The notes beneath the pieces were generated by a model that had not been told where the DNA came from, made no database searches, and saw only the letters and a program-made list of their open reading frames with translations. Positions 25,881 through 41,216 of a DNA stretch of 64,000 nucleotides are shown here, one piece after another. The stretch spans positions 4,960,001 to 5,024,000 of the forward strand of contig NW_026262581.1 in NCBI RefSeq assembly GCF_021869535.1, read 5' to 3'. This stretch comes from Mytilus californianus. Lineage: Eukaryota. The position numbers and the translations under genes are program-made. Positions within the stretch are counted from its first letter, which is position 1. Each line of letters begins with the position of its first letter.

Positions 25881-27935
25881 AAGACACCAATCTATAATTA
25901 TCAGCATCATATCAAATGCAATTTTTTTCACTATCTTAATTTAAGCCTCAAGGTTGAGACAATTTTTGATTAAGAATGTGAAAAGGATGTTTACTTTTTT
26001 TGAGTACCTTTATCTTAACTGAAGAATATGATTACAAGTTATATGCATGTAAGATACAAGAAATCATTGATTCTTAAATTGTTGGAAATACTTATTTAAT
26101 AATATGTACGTTTCCCTGTAATTCAATAAATATTTTTGTAGTATCATGGAAGAACAAAATTTAAATATTACTTCCATGGTAGTATCAATAGGTGTAATAT
26201 ATCCTTTAAATAATGATTGATTTACAAACAAGTAATGTTTTGAAATACATTGTACTGAGCTATTTGCAATTGAATTAAAATTCCATTAAGAATATAAAAA
26301 CTCATCCCCCCTCACCACCCCAAAAAAAAAAGAAAGAAGAAAAATAAGATTCCATAGCAGGCTATAATATGACTATAATCTTACCTCTGTTTGTATTATT
26401 TTCCAATATTTATGATGATCATACAATAAATACAAGTCTTCTACAAAGCAAGAAAGAATACAGATATTCTGACAGATGCACAATAACTATGGAGGGTGTC
26501 ATCTTAACAATAAACTTGCTCTCTTTATTGGTGATGTTGATGATGAATAATGGTGTTACTAACATTCTGTTTATGATAGAATCTCAAGTGGTTCTCTCAG
26601 CAGATCTATCTGGAAATGACAATCTGGAAATGACAAATTGATGCCAACATTGACAAGTTATTAATTTCCTTGATAAAATCAATTACTGTTATTGTTTCCA
26701 AGTGTTTTCTACTCCTTTATCATTAACATCTTCAACCTTCATTGGGCATTTTTCTGTTTTAATTATGATAATGTAATTAAAGTTAGTGAAATTAAAAAGA
26801 ATGTGTCAATAGGTCACAATGCCCCTTCCTTAAGCTTCCCAGTAAAATTCAACTCATGAATAATGAAAAGTTAAATATTGTCAAAATCAAAATAGTGACA
26901 AAGTGATTTTTATGATAATTCTATTGTTTTCACATGTTATGTACTACTAAAACAAGTTTAATATACCTGCTTTTGACAGTTTATGTGCCTGTCCAAAGAG
27001 ATGGGTAAAAAGTTGTGAAAATCAGGCAAAGGACTTCATATTAAAAAAAAACATAAGACAAAAAGGGATCATTTTAAAGACATGTCAAGGTTAAAAAAAT
27101 ACCTACACTTAAATAAGTCAAGAAAAAGGCAATCACACAAAATCAAGCATTCATGATCTAAGAGTTAAATGAATAAGAACAGCTTTCCCATGTTCCCCAC
27201 GATGCACATGTTTTATCTGTCCAAGGGCAATAACTTCAAATGTTTTTTTTTTTTAGATCTTTTAAATTTTACATAATGAATGGAGAATGTGTCCCATGGA
27301 CACAGATGATGCCCCACTAATTTCATATAACATTATAAAGGGACCCAACTCCAGAAGGGTATATGTGACACCACCCAAATTTGAACTTGATCTGTGTTTT
27401 GTGGTAATAAGCATTGCGTACAAGTTTCATAACATTTGGTTGAGGCAAAGTAAAGTTAGAGAACAGAAACTAATTTTGAGACATACAAGGGTAACACTTA
27501 ATGCCCCTTTCAATCCTCCAAGAAATATGAAGCCTTAATTAAGGTCACTAACAATTTAATTTTCCATATATCATTTATTTCCAAGGGGCATTACTCCAGT
27601 TAATATAATTGATCAGCGCTGATTTTGGAAATAATCCAAGACATTGCTAAAATAAACAATGGGCGGACGGACTTCAGGTATTTCTATGTACCCAGCACTG
27701 TGTTGCACTTGGGACAAAAAAACCTTAACCTCTTCTTTCAAAAACATACCACTTTTTTCACAGATGCTAAGCCAGAGAATTAACATAGTAGTAACAGCTT
27801 CTGGACATTACCTTATAAAGACATTCTTATCTGTCTATATGTTATCATAGATGATTTATTTACACAAGGTTATTTATAGATATGAAAAATGAATGCATTT
27901 TTTTGTATATATACAATTTATCGATACAAGGCTTA

Positions 27936-28586
27936 ATAAAGAGCTGTGCCATGTGCACATGATACGCCCGTTGCTTTTTCATAGAATAATGTTCCATAAC
28001 TCCTCAATGTCATATCAAAAATTTATAAAAAACTAAAGGGAGGTTATTTTAATAGATATAAACCAATCACCAAAGTTTCATGAAAACTGCTCAATCCCCC
28101 TTTTTTGATGAATACAACCTCAAAACTCGAAAAGGTAAAATCTAAATTTAAATAAATCAAAAGGGAGTTCACATCAATAGATATAAATAATTCATCAAAA
28201 TTTCATGAAAACTGCTCAAATCATTTTTTAGTTAAGGTAATATCTAAAATTTATATCAATTGAAAGGGAGCTCACGTCAATAGATATAAACAATTCACCA
28301 AAGTTTCATGAAAACTGCTTAAAGCATTTTTGAGTTATTGTCTGAAAACTGGAAAATCCCCCTTTTTAATAACAACCCGTAACTCGGAAATGTAAAATCT
28401 AAAATTTATAAAAATCGAAAGGGAGCTCACGTCAATAGATATAAACAATTCACCAAAGTTCCATGCAAATTGGTTAAAGCATTTTTGAGTTATTGTCCAA
28501 TATGTTGACGACGGACAGATGGACAGACAGACAGGCGGACGGACAACGGTATACCATAATACGTCCCATAAAAGGGCGTATAAAAA
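27936..28586 (+). mobile_element. HINE/pearl-like element with internal tandem repeats and a GACA/GACG microsatellite
   Basis: 5' ATACGCCC (27962) pairs with 3' GGGCGTAT. 3' hairpin ATACGTCCC...GGGCGTATAAAAA. Four internal AAGGGAG...AATAGATATAAA units. Termini are of the same type as 59628-60497. Confidence 0.8.
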
Positions 28587-28771
28587 CAGGTAGTAATATG
28601 AAGCTTGTTGTGCATTTCAACCCTGTATGGTGCCAAGTATAACTCATAATTATATTGGGGACAATGCGATTTTTTTGTTTTTTGTTTTTAAATGTAAGTT
28701 ATAATGTTCAGAAAAATATTAATTTTGGACATAAGGTCCAGGGATGCAGTTATCGTCCTTCGATTTTCATT

Positions 28772-29090
28772 GACCACCTCGGTGGTATCGTGGTAGCATG
28801 TTCTGATTGAGTGCAGGAGGTCGTTGGTTCGAAACCCGGCTGGGTCAAACCAAAGACTTTAAAATTGGTATTTGCTGGGTCTACGCTAAGCATGCAGCAT
28901 TAAGGAGTAAGAGCAAAGACTGGTTAGCTTGAATCAGAATAATGTGTCCGGGTAAGGTGACATGTCTTCCTGCGGACTGTTACCTTGGGAACTAGCACTT
29001 TGAAAATCCTGCTCAGTGTGTCGGTCTAATACAAAGCAGGGATAAATTTCATATAACATTAACATGTTCTCGTCCTGAATATGCATATTA
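28772..29090 (+). mobile_element. tRNA-derived SINE (Meta-type core, as in bivalve SINEs)
   Basis: A-box-like TGGTATCGTGG, B-box GGTTCGAAACC (28826-28836), core GGTCAAACCAAAGAC...GCAGCATTAAGGAGTAAGAGCAAAGACTGG. A reverse 3' fragment lies at about 31510-31620. Confidence 0.78.
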
Positions 29091-29099
29091 ATTTGCCCA

Positions 29100-29224
29100 G
29101 GCCCCCCCTTTTGTGGGAAAAATTTGATTGATTATATTGGGAATCACTGAAGCATGACTGGAACAGGCCCCCCTAAGGTCAGTCAGTGGGCCCCCCCTTA
29201 CAAAAAGTTCTGGATCCGCCTCTG
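29100..29224 (-). mobile_element. Partial CAGRGGCGGAT-type MITE
   Basis: Ends GGATCCGCCTCTG. The body (CCCCCTTTTGTGGGAAAAATTTG) is shared with the partial copy at 33782-33855. Confidence 0.6.
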
Positions 29225-31863
29225 AATAAACCCCACAAACAGCATAGTAGCAGTACAATATAAGAATTAATTATTCAACAATTTTATAGGGGTGGAAAAG
29301 CATTGACTATAGCATATTTGTATATCTTAGCTGCATACTCATGCACACATTCTGACACAGCTTTTACGGCCAAACAACATACTACTAAGCAGGATATTGC
29401 TGTCTGTTAATCTCTGATGCACAAGGTACAAATTATGACATATGTAGGTCTCAGTGATCTAAATTCATTTTTAGGGTTTAGGACTGTAGTGGTGCAATAT
29501 CATTAACAAATTACAAGCTTTTGAGAGAAGGAACAGCCACGCAATAAGTTCAAATGGATTAAAAGATGAAATACCACCTTATATTTTTACAAACATTATG
29601 TATTATAATTAAAATCAATTTTGTTTAGAATTTACTTACAAGTTCTTTCTTTCAGTGATGTTCATTACTCATTCTTGACCGACTTGCTCTACTGAAGTTA
29701 TATTATTTTGTCCTTTTTTTTGTTGAGCTGTGCTGTAAATCAAAACAAAATATTAGATCGATTATTGGGTAAATGTACATCGCAGGATCATATCAACTGG
29801 CCTTTTATAAGCAAGAACATCAGCATGTTTAAAACATGCAGCTAGATTTTAACATCTATTAGTGCAGAGATGTTTATTTCAGCATGCAATATTCATGCCT
29901 TTATCTATTTTACATTTTGAACTTTGCCACAAGATGCATTTTTAGCATGCAATAAGCATCCTGGACCTTTTTGTAGGTATATATGTACTATAATGTCTCA
30001 TTTTTTTAAATCTGTAAATTAATTTTTATTTCAATAAAAAAAACATTTGTTTCCTCGTTTTATTGGTTATCCCTGAAAAAACCTGTTTTCTCATACCACA
30101 TTTAATTGCACTCAGGGCCTTATCCAAGAAGAAATGCTAAGAAATGGACAAGTATTTAGCAATCTATTTTGTTATTCTTTTAGTTTATCTTTACTTAAAC
30201 AATCTTTTTAAGTACAACAAAAGGATTATATCATACTATCCTAGCTTTAGTTTTCAGTGTTATTTGTCATTTTTGAGCTGAAATTTTTCTTTGGGTTAAG
30301 AGAAGGGTGAGATGAATGTTATCTTTGGAGAAACATCTATAGGATTTCCTATATAACAACTCTTTAAGATCTTATTAAAGAATAAAAGTACATTTTTTAA
30401 GGTAAAAATCTAATTTTTTATCTTTATTTAGTGATCTATAGACATCAAATGGGCTATACTTACCCAAATTTTGAAGAATTGTTCGATTCTTTTTATTTGT
30501 TGAAAACTGACTGCTTGACATACTTGGACAATCAATCCTGACGCACCAACCATTGGAGAACAGCATGAATCTTTCACTAACATAAATTATCTTGATTTTG
30601 CCTCATAACAAAAAAGGAAAAAGTTAAAAAAAAAACAACAAAAAAACAAGGAGTTTCATGTGTCATCATAGTTAGCATACCAAACTTGTCTTCAAAGTAT
30701 AAGAAATTAGGAAGTAGAACAGATCCAAAAAGTGCTCACCTGGGTCAAGCTGCTGGCCAAACATGAAGTCAGACAGGAATGAAAATGAAATCCTTCTGTT
30801 CAGTAGTACCTGAGAAAGTGTAACAAAAGTATTTGTTGGACAGACAGAAGAATGTCACAGCAATAATCACAGGATAGTTCTAGAATCTTTCAGACTGGTG
30901 CAAATAGGCAAGGTATCTTATTAGAAAAGATTTTTTTTCACATTCTCAACCCCTACCATGAACCATTTGAACAACACTAATTGGTTCCTGTATTAAAGTA
31001 ATTGCAGAGGAGAAGATGTTATCATATTACTCCTATTTTCTATCAAATTTCTTTTGGTAAATGTTCTTCTTTGAATGTCAATATAATTATTTGTATTTCA
31101 TAATAAATGTAATGCAAAGGTTAAAGGCCAAATGGTCCTTTGTCTGCATTGATAAAGTTAAAATTTATTGCATGGTCATTTTCTTTTTTAATTCACATTT
31201 TCAATTAAAAATTCTGACATATGTGCAGTGAAATATTAATTTAAAATGAAAATTTTGTATTTAATTCAATATACAATGGACAAATTTGAATTGAGTAATT
31301 ACATAATTTGAAAAAATGCAAGGTTTAAATGTCATATTGAAATATTGGTTACCAAATTAGTTCTGTATTAAAAAGTAAATTCCTCTTTCTGATGGGAATT
31401 TTTAATTCAAAGGCAACCAATCTTAATTACCAGAAATTTTTATGTTGGAATTCAGACAAAAAGCGAGGACACACAGATATGACTCACCTTTAATGTTCAT
31501 ATTTGATGATAGGGGGCTGCTTAATATCCAGCGGCAACTATTACATGTTCATGTAATATGAAGATACCCTGCTTTGTATTAGAACGACATGCTGAGTAAG
31601 ATATTTAACATGCTAGCTCAAAATGTAAAAGTCTACAGGAAGATGTTATAGTGCTAATGTTTCTGACTCTTGAGCTGACCAATCTTTGCTCTTACGTGGA
31701 TTGAAACCCACCACCTAACAAACATCTGACAACCATATGCTACCATGAAATCCACTAAGTTAAATATTGGGTCAATGTTTATAATATGCAACTGCATATA
31801 TGAACACCTTAAATCTAATAAATTCGTTCTATCACATATTGGCAATAGGGTAACTTAAATTCT

Positions 31864-33746
31864 AACAAGAAATGATTGTAACAGGATGCTGTTACGAAGT
31901 CTCCCAAACGAAGCTCCCATAATTCGTAATTCCCATGGTCGCCTGAAATTGGGCAAGGTCCAATGAAAATTGGTTTGGTCCAGTAAAGTTTTATGCATTA
32001 GTGATGCCTGGGGACTAACCCTGTATATCATTCAAATCATCTTGGCATGACAAACCAGAATATATATGGTTTAGGGGTGGGGATCTCGACCATTTACAAG
32101 ATATTAGAACTTTCTCAAATGGCAGGGGGTGGGGGTGACCCCTGGGGACTAACCCTGTATTTCATTTGATGTGCTTTATCATGACAAACCAGAATATATA
32201 TGGTTTAGGGTGGGGATCTCGACCATTTACAAGATATTAGACATTTCTTAAATGGCAGGGGGTCAGGATGACCCCTGGGGACTAACCCCATATATATCAT
32301 TCAAACCATCTTCGCATGACAAACTAGAATATATATGGTTTAGGGGTGGGGATCTTGACCACTCACAAGATATTAGAACTTTTTTAAATGGCATGGGGTG
32401 GGGGTGACCCCTGGGGACTAACCCTGTATTTCATTTGATGTGCTTTATCATGACAAACCAGAATATATATGGTTTAGGGGTGGGGATCTCGACCATTTAC
32501 AAGATATTAGAACTTTCTCAAATGGCAGGGGGTCGGGATGACCCCTGGGGACTAACCCTGTATATCATTCAAACCATCTTAGCATGACAAACCAGAATAT
32601 ATATGGTTTAGGGGTGGGGATCTTGACCACTTACAAGATATTAGAACTTTCTTAAATGGCATGGGGTGGGGGTGACCCCTGGGGACTAACCCTGTATTAC
32701 ATTTGATGTGCTTTATCATGACAAACCAGAATATATATGATTTAGGGGTGGGGATCTTGACCACTTACAAGATATTAGAACTTTCTTAAATGGCAGGGGG
32801 TGGGGGTGACCCCTGGGGACTAACCCTGTATTTCATTTGATGTGCTTTATCATGACAAACCAGAATATATATGGTTTAGGGGTGGGGATCTCGACCATTT
32901 ACAAGATATTAGAACTTTCTTAAATGGCAGGGGGTCAGGATGACCCCTGGGGACTAACCCTGTATATCATTCAAACCATCTTCACATGACAAACCAGAAT
33001 ATATATGGTTTAGGGGTGGGGATCTTGACCACTTACAAGATATTAGAACTTTTTTAAATGGCATGGGGTGGGGTGACCCCTGGGGACTAACCCTGTATTT
33101 CATTTGATGTGCTTTATCATGACAAACCAGAATATATATGGTTTAGGGGTGGGGATCTCGACCATTTACAAGATATTAGAACTTTCTCAAATGGCAGGGG
33201 GTCGGGATGACCCCTGGGGACTAACCCTGTATATCATTCAAACCATCTTAGCATGACAAACCAAAATATATATGGTTTAGGGGTGGGGATCTTGACCACT
33301 TACAAGATAATAGAACTTTTTTAAATGGCAGGGGGTGGGGGTGACCCCTGGGGACTAACCCTGTATTTCATTTAATGGGCTTTATCATTTAGAACATTTT
33401 CAATTAAAAAGATTGTGTCTTTCACAAACGGTTTTCAATTTATAATCATTTGAAAATTTTTAAAAATAAAATCCCATAGGGTTCTATAGTAAAACCCTCT
33501 TTTCTTTTTGCCCCTCAAAGTACCCCTTTATAAACCCCATTGCACAAACAAAACCCTGATTGCACCACTAGACATGTTAGTCTAACATATTGTGAAACCC
33601 TAAGTTAATCTGACAAGCGGTTTTGGAGAACGGGTGCGGACAAGTTCAAATTTAAAAGCGGCGGAAGAGGAAGAAGAAGAATAATAATAATAATAATAAC
33701 TGAGCAAAAACAATAAGTCTTCCCAAACTTCGTTTGGGAGACTTAA
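31864..33746 (+). mobile_element. Non-autonomous Helentron-like element (HINE), copy 2, with an internal 134-bp satellite
   Basis: Subterminal inverted repeats at 31897-31913 and 33728-33744, 3' hairpin and (GAA)n(AAT)n. Retains 62 bp (31937-31998, flanked by CAT microhomology) that are missing from copy 1. Confidence 0.87.
32010..33388 (+). repeat. 134-bp G-rich tandem array, about 10 units, with A/B subtypes mostly alternating
   Basis: Unit marker at 32047, 32181, 32316, 32450, 32584, 32718, 32852, 32986, 33119 and 33253. Confidence 0.97.
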
Positions 33747-35126
33747 ATATAGAGGCCCCACAGGGCTAATATCATTCATTTCAGAGGCGGATTTAGGGGG
33801 GGGGGGGTGGCCAGGGTGCCTGGGCCGCCCCTTTTTGTGGGAAAAATTTGGTTGATTTTTCTTGTTAATTATCCCCATGTTAGTAATAGTATCCATTTTG
33901 GCTAGACAAAAGGTGTTGCCTAACATCCTTTTTGACTCTGTCAAGTTGAGTTTTAACTGGACCAGAAGTTTCAAGAAAACATTAAAAAAAAAAGTTTACA
34001 ATGGATGCCAGATGATATAAAACATATCAAAGAGATGCTCATATCCCACATCGGACCTTTCAAAATGTTTGATGTGCTCAAGAAACTGGATATCTGTCAC
34101 TAAGAATTGTACAGCATCTCTTAACAGAGATTCTTATGGTTCAAGTGTGTTAAATTGCTATGTTGCAGTTTCATTGATGTGTTTTTACCAAATATGATCC
34201 TACATCAAGTACTGCTGTTCATCAGATTCAATGCAGGTACCAGTGAGTAAATGAAAAATGCCAAGGTGAATTTTCATTAACTATTGCAATTGAATATTTA
34301 ATTTGTATGAATCAAATATGGACACAAATATAAATTTTACATTTCCCCTTCAAAATCACATGATCAAACACATACACAATGTCAAACAAAAAAGAAATGA
34401 TTATAAAGTAATACATGTGTATAATATATTCGAAAAGTTGAGTTAATACATAGGTACATTGTATAATAATAAGATAGTCATTAATTGCTGGTAAGATAAT
34501 TACTAATTAAAGATCACTGGGGAAGTCTTCATATGATGATGGTTTGGTGTGAAAGATATCTTAATTTACCACATTTCCCCCTAACTTCTCCTAATTCAGT
34601 TACTCCTTCAAAAGTTTCCCACTAAATGTGTTCATGTTAAAACAGTTTATGTACAATTGACTTGTAAATCGTTGACATTTATTTTCTTCAGTTCATATTT
34701 TAAGGTGTCCTTAAATAACATTAACTGTAGTTTAAACTAAAATTACTTTAACCCTTGATGAAATATTATCTTGACACCAGACAGATGGAAGATTGAATAC
34801 TTTCCCTATGAAATAAAGTTATTACAAAATATTAATTTCAAGAAAGTTGCTAATTATTGCAACCAGCAAAACTGAAAATATTTAAAAATCACATGATTTA
34901 AATGTCCTACAGAATGCTACATTATCCTCTTATTATTAACGAGTGTACTAATATATACATATACATATCATTTATGTCAAAACCTTGATTAATGTTGATT
35001 CAATATAATTACAACTAATTTTGCCTATTGAGTACTGATCTGACTTTAATCTCATGTATGCATGCACTATAAATTGAAAGCACAAATTCTGTTCATTGTA
35101 TGCCACATAAAACACGAAGTTTAGAA

Positions 35127-36293
<1,167 letters not shown>

Positions 36294-37694
36294 CTACAGA
36301 TAATGTCCTCACTCAAATATACATGTAAATGTACTTACTTGTTATCATACTTCTATGTTCACATCTGTAAAGGATCAATTTTCCATTTTTCTTAATTATT
36401 TGACAGATTTTATTTATAAGTATTCATGTAAAATCTGTATCATCAGTAAGAAATAACCTTAGTATGTGATCTTATCAGTAGTAATATATTTTTACCTTCA
36501 TCAGGAACGCTAAAAGTTTAATATTTGAAGGGAATGCATAAATATGCAGCAATATTAGGAGCTATTTGACCAAAAGGGACCTAAAAATAATAATATTCAT
36601 CTAAGGTCAACTTTGCACAAGAGATTTGGAACCTTAGTTTCTTGATAATTTCTCAGTTTATCAACAGGGAATTTTTGAAAAATATGTAATGAAACCATGT
36701 CAGTACCAAGGCACAGACTACTGATTTGATGATACCCTCAGAGACACTACAAGCGTCACAAAATCATGTACATGTACAAGGAAATAACCAATATTATCAA
36801 ACCAGTAGCACTTTACAAGGATTGAATATTTTTTCTGGCCATTCCTATGTCAAAAATTTTTGTCCTAATCATTTTAAAAGAAAACAGTCTAGTCCTAATT
36901 ATTAGTCAACTCACATTGATGGCCTGTCATTGATTTTTGTACTATAGTGCAACTTTGTCCCTACCAAATTTATACATGTATTGATTTATATTGTAGGCCC
37001 TTTTATTGGGATTTTTATTCTTAAGCACTTTTCAAAGGTGAACAAAATGTTTATATGTTAAATTTAGGTCGAGCAACAAACATTTCATACATTTCAGGAC
37101 AAAATTATGTTGAGTAATAAATGAATCCTCATTTCCAAGGGACATAACCCAAACTCTGTAAGGACATTGATCTTCTAAATAAAGTCTCTAAAACCTTTAA
37201 TCTAACCATATAAAAAAAAATTGTTTCCAGTAACCTCACCAACCGAACTCCAACTGAATCTTTTTATCTATAATCATAAAAAAGCTATTTCAAACCGGTT
37301 CTTGTGTTAGATTTTTTCTTATAATATAAAATTTACTTGATATAAAGGTTGGAAATGTTACATGAATCTTAAACATAATCTTCAAAATAATATTATCTAA
37401 AATTCCTACAGAAAATACATATTCTTCACTTAAGATTATTGTCTATTCTTATTATTAATATATTATGGAAGTTATTTAGAAGGATGTCAGTATACACTTT
37501 TATTCTTGATAAGTATAAACAATAAATATAAATCCTTCATTCACATTATGATTACACTTTCTAAGTTACATACATACATAAGAATGAAATAACTGAATAT
37601 TTAGGTTTCGATACCAAATCAAAATTTATAACATTTTCTGAAACATATGACACCAGATATTCTTTAATAAATGGTTCCTTGAAAGAAAATGTCA

Positions 37695-38027
<333 letters not shown>

Positions 38028-38157
38028 TTACACAAGACATGCAAGAGTGGACACCTAGAAATGTCTTTTATGCATACTTTATAAATGACTGAATACTCGG
38101 AAGTTCTAAGGAATAAAGTCGTCATACAATTATCCCGAAATGTTGTCTACATGTAAA

Positions 38158-38686
38158 TAAAAGAACAGAGTTCCAATGTCCCCCACATTGCACATATTTT
38201 ATCTATCCAAGGTACAAAGGCAATAACTAAAAAAAGCACTTTTTTTTTGTTCTTTAAAACTTTTTATTAATATCTAAGAGAAATGAAGGCTTCAGAGCAA
38301 ATGCAATGTGGTTTCCATTGTAATTAATATTTCCAAGGGGCATAACTCGTTAAAACTATTTGATCAGCGCTTATTTTAAAAAATGTCAAAGACATTGCTG
38401 ATATAAACCTATAATATAAGTTTCATAAAATTCTGGCAATATTGTACACATGAGAGCGCTGACAATGCAATTTTCCATATAATTAATATTTCCAAGGGGC
38501 ATAACTCTTTAAAAAAATAATTGATCGGCAGTGATTTTCTAACTCGATCAAGACATTGCTAATATCAACCTATGATATAAAAGTTTCATAAAAATCTGGC
38601 AAGAATTGTACACGTGAGAGCGCTAAAAAAACATGATGGACGCCAGGTATTTCTATGTCCACCGTAATGTGTTGCGTGGGGACAAT
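38158..38686 (+). mobile_element. HINE-like element in tubulin intron 1
   Basis: 5' AATGTCCCCCAC (38175-38186) pairs with 3' GTGGGGACAAT (38676-38686); two internal TTCCAAGGGGCATAACTC repeats. Confidence 0.7.
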
Positions 38687-38687
38687 A

Positions 38688-39139
38688 GGCCCAAGAACAC
38701 AGTTATTTCGTAGTGCATTTCTTTTAGACAATAAATTCAAATTAAAAAAATCGCACCTGCTCTATCTCAAAAAGATTTTTACAGTGTAGTGTACTACTAT
38801 TGATACAAATAATATCAAAATTATAGAAACTTCTACCAGCTCTAACTCAAAATATTGACAATTCTGTGTTAAGGGGGGCTAAAATTCAGTTTGACAGCTT
38901 CCGACATTCTAATTTTTGACCTTTTTTAACTGGACCAAATTACTACTTAACATAAAGATTCAGCACCCAAATTTTTTTAACATGTAATTTCATCCCCTTA
39001 CTTAATATTTCATGCATAAAATTTCAAGAAATAAATTGGGAAAGTGTATCAAAAAAAAATGCAAGTTATACACTGTTCATACTAGGGACTATATTCGTAG
39101 ACAACGAAAACCAAAGGACGATAACTGTGTCCTTGGACC
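38688..39139 (+). mobile_element. 452-bp MITE, copy 1 (GG...CC ends, TA-flanked)
   Basis: 19-bp TIRs GGCCCAAGAACACAGTTAT / ATAACTGTGTCCTTGGACC (2 mismatches), TA on both sides. About 6 differences by eye from the copy at 41816-42267. Confidence 0.9.
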
Positions 39140-39840
39140 TAATAGGATAGAAAGACTTGACCAATTTTAATAAAACTTTGCATGACCTAAGCTTAGGCAA
39201 TTGTAAGATAGTTGGCCAAGTTTCATGGCCATAGGATATATATTATAGAAACTAGGGCCATTTTAATATTGAAATTTTGGATGTTTATTTTTGACGTTTA
39301 AATCATATATTTTCAACTGTCAAGATTTTGGCCTAAAAAATTTAAATATTGCAAAAATTTGCTTTTTAAATACTCTTGAATTTAATATAATAAGTATTAA
39401 AAGCAACAGAACACTCATTTGATTTATCAGATTTATTACAGTTATTCAAAAGTCAAATTTATATGAGCCTGTGCCTGAAAATAGAGATTTTCGAATTAAG
39501 GGAAGCCTTACATAAACATGCATTTTTTTCAACCAATTTGAAGTTTTTGAAGGTTTCTAACCATACATTATTCTTCCATATATATTAAATGTACTTTAAA
39601 TGTAAAGAAAAGTTACAAAAAGCATACCACATGAGTATAAAATGGTCTTAGGCCATGTAAGACTGAGAATTATTTAGAGTCGATTTAGGCTGTAGCCAAT
39701 ATTTACATATAAAAATGCACACAGAGGCTATAAGGAAGTGAAATTTGTTACTTTTTGCTCATTTCTATGCTAAGATGTCATGATACAAGAAGTCTAATTG
39801 CAAAAGGACTCTTGAATTCAACTTTTTTTTGCAGACAGTA

Positions 39841-41216
39841 CATACCTGCCAACCTTTGAAACCTTCAAAGAGGGAGATCTCCCTCTCAGCTATGACAGCT
39901 GAGGGGGAGATTTTGCGGCGAACTACATTTTCAAGTGAAATATTTGACATGTTTACTTATTCATCTACGAAACACTTATAAGAGTTATTAGTTATACTTT
40001 GTTTCTTTAAATATGGTTATATCCTACAGAGGTGTGTTGATTGTTTCTATCAACAACAAACAAATGGAAGTTTTTAACGACCTTGACTGGCTATACAGCC
40101 CTTGCACGGTTGGCTCGGTGCCCGAAGGCGTTTGTTGAGCGTTTAAATATTTTTGCAGTCGGACAGGATCAGTTGGAATTCGCCATTTAGGTAGGCCGCC
40201 ATCTTGGATTTGGTGAGTTGTTTTGTTTTTGTTTTGTTGACTATTTTGTTGTTTACTTCACAACGGCTGCTTTCAGGGCCAGGTTGGTCAGCTTGGCAGC
40301 CCGCTTACCACGATGATGGAGTACTGGTCGATGAGTCTCGGACATAGTAATAACGATGACAGGAAGCATTATCAGGACCAAAGTTGTGAGACAGTGAAAT
40401 GGTGGTCCATCATCTAACACCTAGGATACAGCCCTCGGACGTCACTCGGCATACCACTCCCCCATCCATAATGGGTTTTGGAGTGTATGTTGACGCGGGA
40501 ATTAGCCCTACGCGGATTATAGCCTAACGTAGTCTGTACAGCGTTGGATTGGTTTCTGTCATCGAAAGTAGTAAGTCGTTGATCCATCTAACAGTAAACC
40601 CTCATCGAAGATAGCTGGTAAAGGAGAGCTGACCCAGCACGTCCGTTCAGTTGTAATGACTGAGATGTGATCAATTAAATTGGTTCAATACATATCTTAT
40701 AAATTTCAACATTGAATAGAAGTATAGATCTTTTAAGATATTTTTAAAATATGATTATTTTTTTTGTCTTAAGGCATACAAAATCTTTTAATTGCCATCC
40801 TTTTATGATTTTTTGTTTAATTTGTATTTAGTTTATATTGTTTTATCAATTCACATTATTTTAATAAGGGTAACTTAAAACAGGATTAAACAGGGGAAGT
40901 AACCCGAAATTTCTTTGAAGTACACAAAGCTTGAAGCAAAAGTCGTTAATGATCGTAAATTAGTACTATGTTTGACACCCAAGCTGTCAAGTGAAGCCAT
41001 TTAATTTCACATGGCCTGTGATTTACAGGTAAAAACAACCCTCATCAGTGACACAAAAACGTAATTATTGTTGACTTGTCATTCAAGGTTGAAATATCCA
41101 AAAGCGGGAGATTCTATACTCCCGCGCGGGAGGGTACCGGCAAGCGGGAGATTTCCCGAATTTTTTGCCATTTGAGCGGGAGTCTTCCGCTCAAAACAGG
41201 AGGGTTGGCAGGTATG
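39841..41216. mobile_element. Non-autonomous TIR element with 6-bp TSD (hAT6-like)
   Basis: Perfect 14-bp TIRs CATACCTGCCAACC / GGTTGGCAGGTATG; TSD ACAGTA at 39835-39840 and 41217-41222; subterminal GCGGGAG repeats. Confidence 0.85.
40034..40660. mobile_element. Unclassified CpG-rich segment inside the hAT6-like element
   Basis: Sharp rise in GC and CpG; contains GCCGCCATCTTGG and a TG|GTGAGT donor-like site; no long ORF. Boundaries are approximate. Confidence 0.4.

Larger units (their letters stand above)
12607..30576 (-). pseudogene. Probable decayed multi-exon gene of unknown identity. Candidate exons: 30464-30576, 29640-29732, 26385-26753, 24525-24756, 22710-22805, 13409-13454, 12607-12723
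   Basis: Each block is bounded by AG/GT sites, and the phases can be chained (2-1, 1-1, 1-1, 1-2, gap, 1-1, 1-2, 2-2). Three blocks are open or nearly open (ERFMLFSNGW...QNL; MPSAP...SPVLK; GKRRKVKLNQISSS). In-frame stops counted by hand: 0, 4, 5, 1, 2, 0, 1, plus one at the 29640/26753 junction. Alternative acceptors exist, so the model is not unique. Confidence 0.4.

Noticed and set aside
22710-29732. Idea that stops in the relic gene are repaired by U-to-C editing or arose by C-to-T hypermutation
   Set aside because: Every stop codon starts with T, so reversibility is trivial. C is not depleted in the 93-nt block (15 of 93), a 14-bp duplication is also present, and tubulin uses a standard TAA stop.
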